Assembly: GCA_001772665.1 (NCBI GenBank)
Contig: MEVH01000015.1
Span: 13,223-50,283 of the forward strand
Origin: a candidate division WWE3 bacterium RIFCSPLOWO2_01_FULL_39_13
GTDB taxonomy: Bacteria; Patescibacteriota; WWE3; 2-01-FULL-39-13
Direction of reading: 5' to 3'
Length of the DNA stretch: 37,061 nucleotides
Part shown: in pieces, positions 1 through 9,472 of the stretch
How the letters are laid out: each line of letters starts with the position of its first letter
Numbering within the stretch: position 1 is the first letter of the stretch
The notes under the pieces: model-generated
Told to the model about the DNA's origin: nothing
Seen by the model: only the letters and a program-made list of their open reading frames with translations
The model's database searches: none
Made by a program: the position numbers and the translations under genes

Positions 1-1352
1 ACAAAAGATATAAAAAAGAAGTAGAAATCAACTGGTACGAAAAATGCAAAAAGCTGGATTTTAAAAAACTTCCGAATCACGAAACTCTGCCAGAAAATCT
101 TGATAAAACAAAACACCTCCTATTAATTCCTACGGTAAATGAAAGCTTTGAAATTTTAAATGACTCAATAGGAGCAATAACTAAAGCAAATTACCCAATG
201 GAAAATATTGTTTTAGCTATTGGAACCGAAGAAATTGGCAGAGACCAGGTCTCGGATGTGATAAGGAGGCTGAAAGAAAAATATGGTGAAAAACTTCCAA
301 GGATTCTGCATTACATCCACCCAAAAGGAATTCCCGGAGAAATTGTCGGGGTTGCATCTCCGAACCGCGCATGGGCAGCAAAACATGCAGTAGAACAACT
401 TAAAAAGGAGGGTGAAAACATGAATAATTACATTTTCACCACATTTGACTCAGACTGGAGGCTCCATCCAGAATTCCTGCCACGCGTTGCATATGAGTAT
501 CTTACTGACGCAAAAAGATTCAACAGATTTTACGAAACCGTCGTGCATCTTTTCAGCAACAATATTTGGGATGTTCCGATTTTGTCGCGCATAGAAGCAA
601 ACAATGTAACCCTTGGAGTGCTTTCAAACTGGTCGTCAGGACAGCTCTTTGCTACGCCTAAAGAAACTTTCACCTGCTATTCATGCGCACTAGACACCCT
701 GATCACATCTGAGTACTGGGATACAAGATTCATTGACGATACAGTATTTTACTGGAGGGCGTTTAAAGCCCGAAAAGGAGATTTCGGCGACCGGCACTTT
801 TATATCCCAATCTACGGCGACGCAACAGGAGGATCAAACCTGCTGACAGCATACAAGAACTTGTATAAACAACTTGTAAGATGGGGCTGGGGAAGCGTCA
901 CTACTGTTATGGCAATAAAGGCAATTCTTGCTCATGCTGACAATAAGTCCTCTTTATCAGACAGAATTATGTGGATTTATTCAAAAGTCGAGAGGCACCT
1001 TTTCATGCGCACCGCAGTATTTCTTATAACATTTGGCTTTTCAATAATTACGCTCGTGAACGCTGCCTTTAAAAACTCCTCTACTGTTTACGGACTTCCC
1101 CAGCTTATGAGCATAATTCTTACCGGAGGGCTCTTAATGTTCATCCCGGCAACCTACATCCGCCTCAAGCTTTATGAAAACCATCTGCCTAAAAATTTCA
1201 CAAAGGTAAAAAGAATTTTAATGTGGCTTGAAGGTCCGGTAGTAGGGATAAATCTTTTGACTTATTCGTTTATACCATTTGTGTATGCAGAGACAATGAT
1301 GATGCTTGGGAAGCTTCCAAAAGTGACGTTTTATACACCGAAAACAAGGTAG
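1..1352 (+). CDS. Membrane glycosyltransferase family 2 (processive GT2-like), 5'-truncated by the window edge
   Basis: Frame is open from nt 3 (…HLLLIPTVNESFEIL…ANYP), upstream of the tracked Met at 198. It has FDSD (DxD), 'IDD' and QLVRW (QxxRW) motifs and C-terminal TM helices. Confidence 0.85.
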   Translation, partial: KRYKKEVEINWYEKCKKLDFKKLPNHETLPENLDKTKHLLLIPTVNESFEILNDSIGAITKANYPMENIVLAIGTEEIGRDQVSDVIRRLKEKYGEKLPRILHYIHPKGIPGEIVGVASPNRAWAAKHAVEQLKKEGENMNNYIFTTFDSDWRLHPEFLPRVAYEYLTDAKRFNRFYETVVHLFSNNIWDVPILSRIEANNVTLGVLSNWSSGQLFATPKETFTCYSCALDTLITSEYWDTRFIDDTVFYWRAFKARKGDFGDRHFYIPIYGDATGGSNLLTAYKNLYKQLVRWGWGSVTTVMAIKAILAHADNKSSLSDRIMWIYSKVERHLFMRTAVFLITFGFSIITLVNAAFKNSSTVYGLPQLMSIILTGGLLMFIPATYIRLKLYENHLPKNFTKVKRILMWLEGPVVGINLLTYSFIPFVYAETMMMLGKLPKVTFYTPKTR

Positions 1353-1365
1353 TATAATTCAGCCA

Positions 1366-1686
1366 ATGACTCCACTAGCACACCTTTCAAGCAGCCTTCT
1401 AATTTATCAACTACCGCGAGCTTACGCACGCGGTATGCTGTAGCGTCGCTTCGTTCCTTGCATTCCCACCTTCGGTGGAAAAGTAATGCTCGCTTTGCGA
1501 GTTTTATGGCTCAAATCCCTCGACCTTACGGTCGGGGTATTTCGCTCGCATTATAAAGGCGCTGTTCTCTACAACCTCAACTTGCCAACAGGGCTAATCT
1601 TTGTACTGGCGCTTGCCGGATCTTTCGCTCCGGACATTGATGGACTGTCGGATTTCTACGGAGAATTAAGCGCCGAAAAATGGTAA
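1366..1686 (+). pseudogene. Interrupted and truncated YdjM-like metal-dependent membrane hydrolase
   Basis: ATG at 1366 lies 7 nt after TATAAT. Removing the 147-bp insert restores MTPLAHLSSSLLIYKGAVLYNLNLPTGLIFVLALAGSFAPDIDGL (N-terminal His plus the GS..PDID motif). The insert carries an in-frame TAG, and the C-terminal half is missing. Confidence 0.65.
1404..1557. mobile_element. Non-autonomous hairpin-ended element, copy 1 (147-bp core; IS200/IS605-like MITE)
   Basis: 154 nt identical to 25614-25767 except one base (1448 vs 25658). Subterminal hairpins at 1412-1435 and 1517-1537 both have TTAC loops, and TTAT lies at both junctions. Confidence 0.8.
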
Positions 1687-1695
1687 AATCGCATT

Positions 1696-1998
1696 ATGCA
1701 GATAGACTTTATTGACCAGAACAAACTGCGGAGGCAAATTAAATCCATCATCAAAAGCAGTCTTGGGCCTAGCTACAGAGTCTACTTTTTCGGTTCAAGG
1801 GTAAAAGGAAACAATTTAGAAAGATCCGATATAGACATCGCCATTGGTGGACCTCAAAAAGTATCAGCCTCCAAAAGGCTTGACTTGCAGGATCAAATTG
1901 ATAATCTTCCCTATCTTTATAAATTTGATATAGTTGACTTGAATTCTATGCCTAAGGAGTTTTCACAGAAAATTATGATTAATGCTGAGGAGTTCTAA
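1696..1998 (+). CDS. Minimal nucleotidyltransferase (MNT) antitoxin
   Basis: FFGSRVKG…SDIDIAI (GS…DxD) motif and a third Asp in KFDIVD; 100 aa; adjacent to a HEPN gene. Confidence 0.9.
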   Translation: MQIDFIDQNKLRRQIKSIIKSSLGPSYRVYFFGSRVKGNNLERSDIDIAIGGPQKVSASKRLDLQDQIDNLPYLYKFDIVDLNSMPKEFSQKIMINAEEF

Positions 1999-2002
1999 TT
2001 AA

Positions 2003-2371
2003 ATGGAAAAACTAAGTGATTTCTCCAATTCGCTAAACAGACTCGAGGAGGCGCTGAAAGTCGATAAATCAGATATTTCCCGCGATTCTGCAATTAAGAG
2101 GTTTGAGCTGGCTTTCGACTTAGCCTGGAAATGTATTAAAGAATTCTCAAAAGACCAGGGGCTGGAATGTTACTCGCCACGAGACTGTTTTAAAACAGCT
2201 TTCGAGCTGAAGCTTATTGATCATGATGAAAAATGGCTTGAAATGATACAATCTCGCAACGAGTCGGTTCACCTATATAACGAGAAAGGTGCTGAGAATC
2301 TTTTCTCCAAATTACCTGAATTTCTGAACTTGCTTAAAGGACTTAACGAGAACCTGAAATCTCGATACTGA
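2003..2371 (+). CDS. HEPN-domain protein (HI0074 family), toxin partner of MNT
   Basis: RDSAIKRFELAFDLAWK, SPRDCFK and the RNESVHLY (RxxxxH-Y) motif. Confidence 0.9.
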   Translation: MEKLSDFSNSLNRLEEALKVDKSDISRDSAIKRFELAFDLAWKCIKEFSKDQGLECYSPRDCFKTAFELKLIDHDEKWLEMIQSRNESVHLYNEKGAENLFSKLPEFLNLLKGLNENLKSRY

Positions 2372-2440
2372 GCGAACATCCTCTTCTGATGGCATCCAGG
2401 GGGAGAGCTCTGCCCCATACTCTTTGCTATAATCTAGTTA

Positions 2441-3379
2441 GTGATTCTTCAGACTGAAAATAAACTTTACCACTTTGTACGGGCGGTCCGCCCGAGACAG
2501 TGGATTAAAAACGGCGTTGTCTTTGCCCCGATTATTTTTAAAGGAGAGCTTTTTGAGATAGACTTCTTTTTCAGAACAGTACTAGCATTCATATACTTTT
2601 GTGTTATAGCATCAGCAATCTACCTTATCAATGACTGCCGTGATCTTGAAAGCGACAGAGCGCATCCAATCAAAAAAGATAGACCGATAGCTGCAGGAAA
2701 AATAAGTGTAAAAGAGGCATTGACGGCAGGGCTAATAACTTTAGCAACAGCAATCCCATCAGCTTATATTCTTATTGGAAGTTATTTCGGAACGGTTCTG
2801 CTTTTCTACACAATTCTTCAATTCGCCTATATATTCAAGCTTAAAAACATAATAATTGTCGATGCACTGGCAATTGCAACCGGGTTTATTTTGCGCGTTT
2901 TTTCCGGAGCCCTTGCTATTCCTATATCTATCTCATCATGGCTTGTTCTTGCCGTAACGGGTGTCTCGCTTCTTTTGGCATTTGGAAAGCGCCGGGCAGA
3001 AAGAACACTTTTGCAGGCAAAAGGAATTTCCAACGAAAAAACAAGAAAGCTTCTTAAGCATTACCCTGACACTTTGCTGGACTCAATGATTTCGATGTCA
3101 GCATCATTCGCGATTATTACCTATTCTCTTTTCACATTTCAGACTTCTCCTGATAGAGGAATTGGAGTAATCCTTGAGGAATTTCTGCCGTCAACGTTAA
3201 TTGGGGCAAAACTCTTGATGCTTACAATACCTTTTGTCATCTACGGTGTCGCCAGATACCTTTATGTAATTTATGAAAAAAGGCAGGGAGAAAGCCCTGA
3301 AAGGATCTTAATAAGTGACAAGCCTCTGCTGTTTAATACAATTTTGTGGGCTGTAATAGTAATTTTCATTACGAATTAA
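2441..3379 (+). CDS. UbiA-family prenyltransferase (decaprenyl-phosphate phosphoribosyltransferase-like)
   Basis: RPRQWIKN, YLINDCRDLESDRAHPIKKDRPIAAG, GKRRAE motifs; multiple TM helices. Confidence 0.9.
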   Translation: MILQTENKLYHFVRAVRPRQWIKNGVVFAPIIFKGELFEIDFFFRTVLAFIYFCVIASAIYLINDCRDLESDRAHPIKKDRPIAAGKISVKEALTAGLITLATAIPSAYILIGSYFGTVLLFYTILQFAYIFKLKNIIIVDALAIATGFILRVFSGALAIPISISSWLVLAVTGVSLLLAFGKRRAERTLLQAKGISNEKTRKLLKHYPDTLLDSMISMSASFAIITYSLFTFQTSPDRGIGVILEEFLPSTLIGAKLLMLTIPFVIYGVARYLYVIYEKRQGESPERILISDKPLLFNTILWAVIVIFITN

Positions 3380-3401
3380 AAGGAAATCTCGCTGCAATCT
3401 A

Positions 3402-4880
3402 CTATTGTCCAGGTGCGCGCGCTTTCTTGAAAATGTTGGCCATAGAAATTCCAAGAACGACAAGTGCGGCGATGGTCGCGACAGAAAGCGCGCGCACCCT
3501 GCCCTGTGTAGAAATTCCCACAAAGACCAGCAGAAACGCAGTTATCCAGTAAAAAACAGCCACTCTTGTTTTGCTCCAGCCGAATTTCTCTAAAAGAAGA
3601 TGATGCAGGTGCTCTCTGTCTCCCCAGAAAGGCATCTGTCCGCGCCTTATCCTTCTAATAATTGCAAACATTCCATCCAAAAACGGAATCATTAAAACCA
3701 GAAGAGTCGTCGCCACTTTTGTACTTCCGACAATAGACAATGCAGCAATAATCAGACCAGCAGAAGTCGCGCCAAAGCCCCACAAAAGCTTTTGAGGCGG
3801 CCATGTAAAAACAGCCATTCCCAGCCCCGCCCCAGCTGACAGCGTGGCAAGTTTAATAAATACCGCTGCCTGGGGATCTGTTTCAAGTGATCCAAGCATT
3901 AAAACAGCAATAACTATTGACGCTGCAGAAACCAGTCCGGCATATACTCCGTCCGTTCCGTTCGCAAACGACATAAAATTCATAGACCACCACATCCACA
4001 TCACCGCAGCAAGAACTCCAAGATAATAAACCTTATGCTCGCCCATAAAATCAATTACATATTTAAGCCCATCCAGCTTAATTGCCTCGCCAAACGGGTT
4101 TGGAATATAAACTAAAATTATTCCAGACATGACAGTAATAAAAACCGCCAGAATCTGCAAAAACAACCTGGTATAGGGGCTCATATCTCTTTTATCATCT
4201 CTCAGCCCCACGACAACGCAGATTGCTGCTCCGATAAGTATTCCAATAATTCTTTGGCTGGACAATATGGGAAGAATAAAAAGTGCTGGAACTAATATTC
4301 CAAGAAAATACGCCAGCCCCCCGGCGCGCGGAACCGGTTTGGTCAAAAGCATGGCTGGATGTTTGTGAATTAGCGGATCATCCATAAAACCATATTTTTT
4401 TGCAATTTTTATCACTAATGGAACTGCAGCCAGAGTTGTAATAAAAGCAAGCAATACCGGGAATACAATTATCCTGATCCAGACAGGAAGAATGAGTTCA
4501 GAGTGAGAGGTCAGCACTACTATTCGGAGAATATAAAGATTAAAAACTAAATTTATAATAAAAGAGCCTGCTGAATAAAATTTCCCTGCCTGTATATTTC
4601 CGGCCGACTGCACGCGCATCGAGATAACGATATTTGTGATTAAGAGGATAAGCCCCGCAATTAAAACTCCTTGTATAGAATTTTTTGGAGCAAGCTGATA
4701 ATCCCCCCAGGGCATAGAATAAAATAAGGGGATAATTTGGGGGATCCTTGAGAATGAATAATAAACGTAAGAAATGGTCGAAAGACTCACAGCCAAGTTC
4801 ATGATATTTAATATGAGCGATGCTTTATTATTTTTTATCAGGAGCAGGTTGATTTTAGGAAGCTTTAACTTAAAAGCCAT
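3402..4880 (-). CDS. WecA/MraY-family polyprenyl-phosphate sugar-1-phosphate transferase with an extra N-terminal membrane domain
   Basis: PVPRAGG, GLRDD, 'NFMSFANGTDG' and GDREHLHH motifs. About 130 extra N-terminal residues contain IPLFYSMPWG. Confidence 0.85.
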   Translation of the reverse strand: MAFKLKLPKINLLLIKNNKASLILNIMNLAVSLSTISYVYYSFSRIPQIIPLFYSMPWGDYQLAPKNSIQGVLIAGLILLITNIVISMRVQSAGNIQAGKFYSAGSFIINLVFNLYILRIVVLTSHSELILPVWIRIIVFPVLLAFITTLAAVPLVIKIAKKYGFMDDPLIHKHPAMLLTKPVPRAGGLAYFLGILVPALFILPILSSQRIIGILIGAAICVVVGLRDDKRDMSPYTRLFLQILAVFITVMSGIILVYIPNPFGEAIKLDGLKYVIDFMGEHKVYYLGVLAAVMWMWWSMNFMSFANGTDGVYAGLVSAASIVIAVLMLGSLETDPQAAVFIKLATLSAGAGLGMAVFTWPPQKLLWGFGATSAGLIIAALSIVGSTKVATTLLVLMIPFLDGMFAIIRRIRRGQMPFWGDREHLHHLLLEKFGWSKTRVAVFYWITAFLLVFVGISTQGRVRALSVATIAALVVLGISMANIFKKARAPGQ

Positions 4881-4925
4881 TGATATTAATGTACTATCGA
4901 AAGGGTCACATCACAAGTTTAAAGG

Positions 4926-5357
4926 TCACTTCAAAACAATGAGAAAGAGGCTTATTTCAGAATAGGCTAATGAATCGTCTTTCATGCTTACCTCAAGATC
5001 AGCGCTTAACGGATTCATTATCAATTTTGCTTCAACCCCTTTTTCGGCAAGATCATTTGGAACAGCAGCGATTACTTTATAGCTGTCTCCTAGGTATTTC
5101 TCGGGAAGCACATTGTAAAACTTCTCGGTACGGCTTTTTCCAAGATTCAGTTTAAGGCTAATTTCCTCAGCGACATCAACGGCGGGGTTCTTGTTTATAG
5201 CTTTAGTATCAACGACGCCGAGAACGGCAGAGTCAACAGCCAAAGGCATTTGAGGCTGACTCTCCTCGTATCCCTCAAACCAAAAAGTTCCAAGCGGAAG
5301 CGCCAAAAGTACCGCAAGAAAGACTATTAATGCAGACGTATTTATAATTTTCCTCAT
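4926..5357 (-). CDS. Hypothetical protein with N-terminal signal or TM segment
   Basis: 143-aa ORF overlapping the upstream gene's stop by 4 nt; hydrophobic N-terminus. Confidence 0.7.
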   Translation of the reverse strand: MRKIINTSALIVFLAVLLALPLGTFWFEGYEESQPQMPLAVDSAVLGVVDTKAINKNPAVDVAEEISLKLNLGKSRTEKFYNVLPEKYLGDSYKVIAAVPNDLAEKGVEAKLIMNPLSADLEVSMKDDSLAYSEISLFLIVLK

Positions 5358-5995
5358 ACAAGAATCTCCTCTTTTATTTCTTCGAACTTTATTACTTTCG
5401 GCTTTCTTGGACTGTCAGGCTCAAAACTTTTTCGGTCAGTAATAATTTCCTTCTCCAGATCAATTAACAGCATTGCGGAAGACAGAATTGTTACAGTAAA
5501 TGCGCCCCAAAAGAGCAAGTAGCTTGAAAGACCGAAATAAGCCTGAAACCCAAAAATTATCGTCGTGATCCAGGCATACGAAAGCCAGACAAAGGCCTGG
5601 GAAAAAATTATTTCTGTAGCCTCAATTAGTTCACTCATGTCCATTTCAAGAAGCCGAGCCGATAAACGTGGAGAGATATGAGTGTCATGAAAAATGTGAG
5701 CCTTTACTACAACCCATATTAAGCCTGCCACAACGGCTATATACATAAAAAGGGATGAGTATGTGTTAATTTCAATATATTCTGCGGGGGTGGTGAAAAT
5801 GAGGCGGAAGCCCTCTACATTGTAGGAGGCTCCCATATAGTTTGCTAAAAAGACGATTGCTGTAATTTTCACAAATACAAGTAAAACAGCAGGGAAAATG
5901 GCGTAGTCTATAAGTTTTACCAGAGTTTTTGAATACATGGCAGGGAAATATACCTTCCTTGTTCGATCATAGTATGTTTGGTATTTATCCGTCAA
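5354..5995 (-). CDS. Hypothetical integral membrane protein
   Basis: 213-aa ORF with about 4 TM segments; start uncertain (TTG 5995 or ATG 5938). Confidence 0.75.
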   Translation of the reverse strand: MTDKYQTYYDRTRKVYFPAMYSKTLVKLIDYAIFPAVLLVFVKITAIVFLANYMGASYNVEGFRLIFTTPAEYIEINTYSSLFMYIAVVAGLIWVVVKAHIFHDTHISPRLSARLLEMDMSELIEATEIIFSQAFVWLSYAWITTIIFGFQAYFGLSSYLLFWGAFTVTILSSAMLLIDLEKEIITDRKSFEPDSPRKPKVIKFEEIKEEILV

Positions 5996-6042
5996 TACTG
6001 GCGTGAAGGTTTAAGAACCGCCATCTTATCCAGAGCGTCTTT

Positions 6043-7233
6043 TTACTCTACTTTCTCTACATACTGCTCTGAGCCGGATATCCATCCTTCTTTTCCTTCT
6101 TCATAGGGGATCTTATACCAGCCGTTTTTCTCTTCAAGCACTTTGAACGTGGCACCGGTTTCAGCCTTAGAGACCTGCTCTGCAGCAGTGCTTGCATCTA
6201 CTCTTATTCTTAAATAGCCAAGTGAATTTTCTTTTATCTTTACACTAAATCCTGTGCTTGTACCGACTCCGGAAGTTCCAGCCTTTGCCAGTGACTCTTT
6301 TGCGCTGTCGCTTAAATCGGGGCTCTGAGATGATCCAAGATATGCCATAAAAACTTCGCCCTCGAAATTTATGTCCTCAGGCTTTATTTCATTTCCCCCT
6401 TCGTCGTATACTTTGCCGTTATCAGCAATCATATAATTGAATTTTTCAGCTTTGTAGTTTCCAAAAGAAGCCACAGACCGCGTTTTCAGCCAGTAATTAA
6501 TTGCTTTTGCCCACGCCTGTTTATCGGCAAAAGCCGGATCAGATACGCTTGAAAAATTAATAAAGTGGACTCCATTTGCCACACCTTCAATGCTTGTAAC
6601 CTCAGAAGGTATAGGTCTTAAGAACATGTCCACTCTAATGTTGAGATCGTATCCCTGCATAACTTTTACGTCAACTAATTGATCCTCGTATCCATCCTTT
6701 TTAAACATAAGATTGTACTTGTCGTCATCATTTTGTTTTAACAGCTCTTTAGTTTTAAATTTAATGGGAGTTTTCCCAATCTCAACGCCGTCGACGATCA
6801 CAAGAACATCCGATACATCGGGGGACACAACAGAAATAACTTTGTCAGAGCCTCCTGTTTTGGTAAACCATAGATTCTGGCCCGAACTAAAGGAGCTGTT
6901 TACTCCAAGGTCGCGTTTTATGATTGCTGCTGTGCCGGCAGCAGGTTTGATAATTGTAGAATAAGAGCTGTTTTCTCCGTTTATATCAACATCGACTTTG
7001 CCTGTGAAAACCCGTTCTGTATAAACTGGAGTTTCGCCAAGATCCTTTCCATTTATCAGCACTGCAGCCTTGCCATTTTCTGTATCAACGCTTATTGCTG
7101 CGTTGCCGATTTCACCTTTATATGAATTAAAAATCAAAAAGCCGATGGACGCAACCACCGCAATAGATAAAACGATCGTAACGATCTGGTATACATCAAA
7201 TTTCTTCATATGAACAAAGGATACCACATTCAA
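6043..7233 (-). CDS. Membrane-anchored PEGA-domain protein with C-terminal bacterial SH3 domain
   Basis: Two PEGA-like repeats (VLINGKDLGETP; VIVDGVEIGKTP…KDGY) and an SH3b-like end (LRIR…VLEEKNGWYKI…GWI). Start is probably MKKFDV. Confidence 0.8.
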   Translation of the reverse strand: MNVVSFVHMKKFDVYQIVTIVLSIAVVASIGFLIFNSYKGEIGNAAISVDTENGKAAVLINGKDLGETPVYTERVFTGKVDVDINGENSSYSTIIKPAAGTAAIIKRDLGVNSSFSSGQNLWFTKTGGSDKVISVVSPDVSDVLVIVDGVEIGKTPIKFKTKELLKQNDDDKYNLMFKKDGYEDQLVDVKVMQGYDLNIRVDMFLRPIPSEVTSIEGVANGVHFINFSSVSDPAFADKQAWAKAINYWLKTRSVASFGNYKAEKFNYMIADNGKVYDEGGNEIKPEDINFEGEVFMAYLGSSQSPDLSDSAKESLAKAGTSGVGTSTGFSVKIKENSLGYLRIRVDASTAAEQVSKAETGATFKVLEEKNGWYKIPYEEGKEGWISGSEQYVEKVE

Positions 7234-7448
7234 AATCTATAGTGTTATTGTAAATCTGGCTCGAACTAATACTTTTTTGACGACCAGCGGATAACTATTA
7301 CTAGGCTATCCTCTAAAGCTTCCATTGCATGGGGAATGTTAGGATCATAAAATCAACTATCCAACCATGATATTTATCTGAAAAATCTTTTACACTGCCT
7401 GTTTTAATTGTCATCTTGGTATTTTAGTATTATAGACTTCTCAATCGT

Positions 7449-8264
7449 TTAATCTATGCACTTTATAAAGTAACATGTTTTTTCTTTATGCATTTTGTTT
7501 CTTTTAGTGTATTTCGAGATAAAATCCGAGGATTCGATAGAAAACTCTGAGTTTTTTATTTCTTTGACAAACCTGGTGTCTTTCATTGCTGGAATGAAAC
7601 CGTCGGTATAAAGGCATATTAGATCATTAGATTTAAGAGACTCTTCTCCGCACTGGACGAATTTATCAAATCCCTCTCTTCCATCAATTGCTCCATAGCC
7701 TAATGTTTGACCATCTATTTCAAAAGAATTATTTCGGTAATCTTTTCTCCATGCCTTTCTTTCCTCGGGTTTTGTCCAATCATAATGAGCTTTGTAATAT
7801 TCAGCAGAAATATTCACATAAGACTTCAAAGTTGGATGATCGACTAAATCGTCAGAAAAAATTGAAAAGAAACTATCATCCAATACATAATAAATAAGTT
7901 TATCCTTTTTTATAATTATAAGTGCAAATACAACTGCTCCAATTGTAAAAGCATTATTTTCTCGGTTTTTATATAGCTCTGAAGACCTGTTAAATTTCAT
8001 CACTTTCTGATTGATAATCTTCACAGCTCTTTTTATATCAGAAAGCTCCTTTTCTGTATTTTTTAATTCTGAAATAAATGTGCTGCAAATGATTTTGGCG
8101 ACTTCAGCTGAATCAGACGGGCTTGGATAAAGCCCGTCCTGCAGATCATGCGTTATACCATCTGCAACAACAAAAATATTTTCATGATTAGCATAAAAAT
8201 CCTCTTGAGGAAGATAAGGCTTTTCTAAATTGTTTTCGTGGTAAACAAAAAACTTAAGCTTCAT
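7449..8264 (-). CDS. PP2C-family phosphatase-like protein
   Basis: QEDFY, FVVADG, LDDS and LYTDG metal-binding motifs. Start placed at ATG 8264, 7 nt after TATAAT, instead of 8411, which overlaps the neighbouring gene. Confidence 0.75.
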   Translation of the reverse strand: MKLKFFVYHENNLEKPYLPQEDFYANHENIFVVADGITHDLQDGLYPSPSDSAEVAKIICSTFISELKNTEKELSDIKRAVKIINQKVMKFNRSSELYKNRENNAFTIGAVVFALIIIKKDKLIYYVLDDSFFSIFSDDLVDHPTLKSYVNISAEYYKAHYDWTKPEERKAWRKDYRNNSFEIDGQTLGYGAIDGREGFDKFVQCGEESLKSNDLICLYTDGFIPAMKDTRFVKEIKNSEFSIESSDFISKYTKRNKMHKEKTCYFIKCID

Positions 8265-8337
8265 AGGCGGAATTATATCAGCAATCATCCGGTAGCATGT
8301 TCTGAGCCTGCTAAAATCGGGGGCTGATATGGTACAG

Positions 8338-9243
8338 CTAGTCAGGTGCTTCCCTTTTTCTCCACCGGAAGTATCCTGCAGCTTCCGGCATCGATACCGC
8401 TGTAGCGACAATCAAGCCTCCAACTATCTCATTTACCGTTAACCGCTGATTCAAAAAAATCCATCCAAAAGCTGATGCAAAGAGTATTTCGCTCGATAAT
8501 ACTATTGTCCCCAAGTTTAGATCAAAATATTGGAATCCGATAACCAGCAGATAATTAAAGAGAACCAAAAGTCCTCCAGAAATAATAGCTGCTGAAATAG
8601 ATGGGAAAGTCAATTTATCTGCAAAGAAAAGCGACTGCTTAAAGTACATTGCAAAGGCTCCAGATATTACAATTCCTCCAGCCATTGGCACCGCCGCAAT
8701 TATTATCCGATCCATCCTTTCCGCTAAATGTTTTCTAAAACCATTAGAAACTACATCTAACAGTCCAGCCAATAAACCAAGCAGCACACCCCAGTTCAGC
8801 AAGTTACCTGAGAATGGGTTTGAGAACATTATTAGTCCAATAATTGCCAGCATAAGAGAAATGAACTTAAGTTTTGTAAGCTTTTCATTAAATACAAAGG
8901 CACCTATTATCAAACTTGCAGTGAACGCAGCCATATAAAAAGAAAATGTTGCCAAGGCTATCTTTGTAAAGAGAATGGAAAGTGTATAAAAAATTATTCC
9001 AAAAGGGAAAACTACACCAAGGAGTAATGTGTCTTTCGAAAACAGTACTTCTCTCTTTATGGCTGTCTTCTTAAAAAGAAGTACAGCTACCACAAATAGT
9101 GACGCAAGTAAATATCTGAAGAAAATCTGCTGAAAAGAGCCGAGATCTTCGTTTATGATAGTAATCCAGACCCCAAAAGATCCGTAACCGATAGCGCTTA
9201 GCAGTATTGCAACGAAACCTCTGTTTCTTGTTGAAACATTCAC
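8338..9243 (-). CDS. DMT/EamA-family transporter
   Basis: About 10 TM helices in two repeats; FVFNEKLT and IFLNQRLT…GGLI motifs. Confidence 0.85.
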   Translation of the reverse strand: MNVSTRNRGFVAILLSAIGYGSFGVWITIINEDLGSFQQIFFRYLLASLFVVAVLLFKKTAIKREVLFSKDTLLLGVVFPFGIIFYTLSILFTKIALATFSFYMAAFTASLIIGAFVFNEKLTKLKFISLMLAIIGLIMFSNPFSGNLLNWGVLLGLLAGLLDVVSNGFRKHLAERMDRIIIAAVPMAGGIVISGAFAMYFKQSLFFADKLTFPSISAAIISGGLLVLFNYLLVIGFQYFDLNLGTIVLSSEILFASAFGWIFLNQRLTVNEIVGGLIVATAVSMPEAAGYFRWRKREAPD

Positions 9244-9282
9244 CCTCAGATTATATCAGCAGCCGGTACCAATAACTGAAAG

Positions 9283-9343
9283 TGGTGGTGAGGGTGAGAA
9301 TCGGTCGCCACAGGCGACTTTCAGACCGGTGCCATGACTCACC
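9283..9343 (-). pseudogene. Defective tRNA-Phe copy carrying a 15-nt hairpin replacement
   Basis: 21 nt identical to the tRNA-Phe 3' end including CCA, then GTCGCC-ACA-GGCGAC (9304-9318), the anticodon region, and a 13-nt deletion across the acceptor/D-arm. Confidence 0.85.
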
Positions 9344-9370
9344 AATTAACTTATCCTCTACACCTTCTTC

Positions 9371-9446
9371 TGGTGGTGAGGGTGAGAATCGAACTCACAT
9401 AGCCGGTTTTTCAGACCGGTGCCGTGACCAACTTGGCTACCTCACC
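9371..9446 (-). tRNA. tRNA-Phe(GAA)
   Basis: Reverse complement folds as a cloverleaf: GGTGAGG/CCTCACC acceptor, CCGGT-CTGAAAA-ACCGG anticodon arm, TTCGATT T-loop, encoded CCA. Confidence 0.95.
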
Positions 9447-9472
9447 AAAATTTCAAACACATTATTTTATCA

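Noticed and set aside
8265-8411. N-terminal extension of the PP2C-like ORF
   Set aside because: It overlaps the DMT gene and promoter; ATG 8264 follows a good -10.
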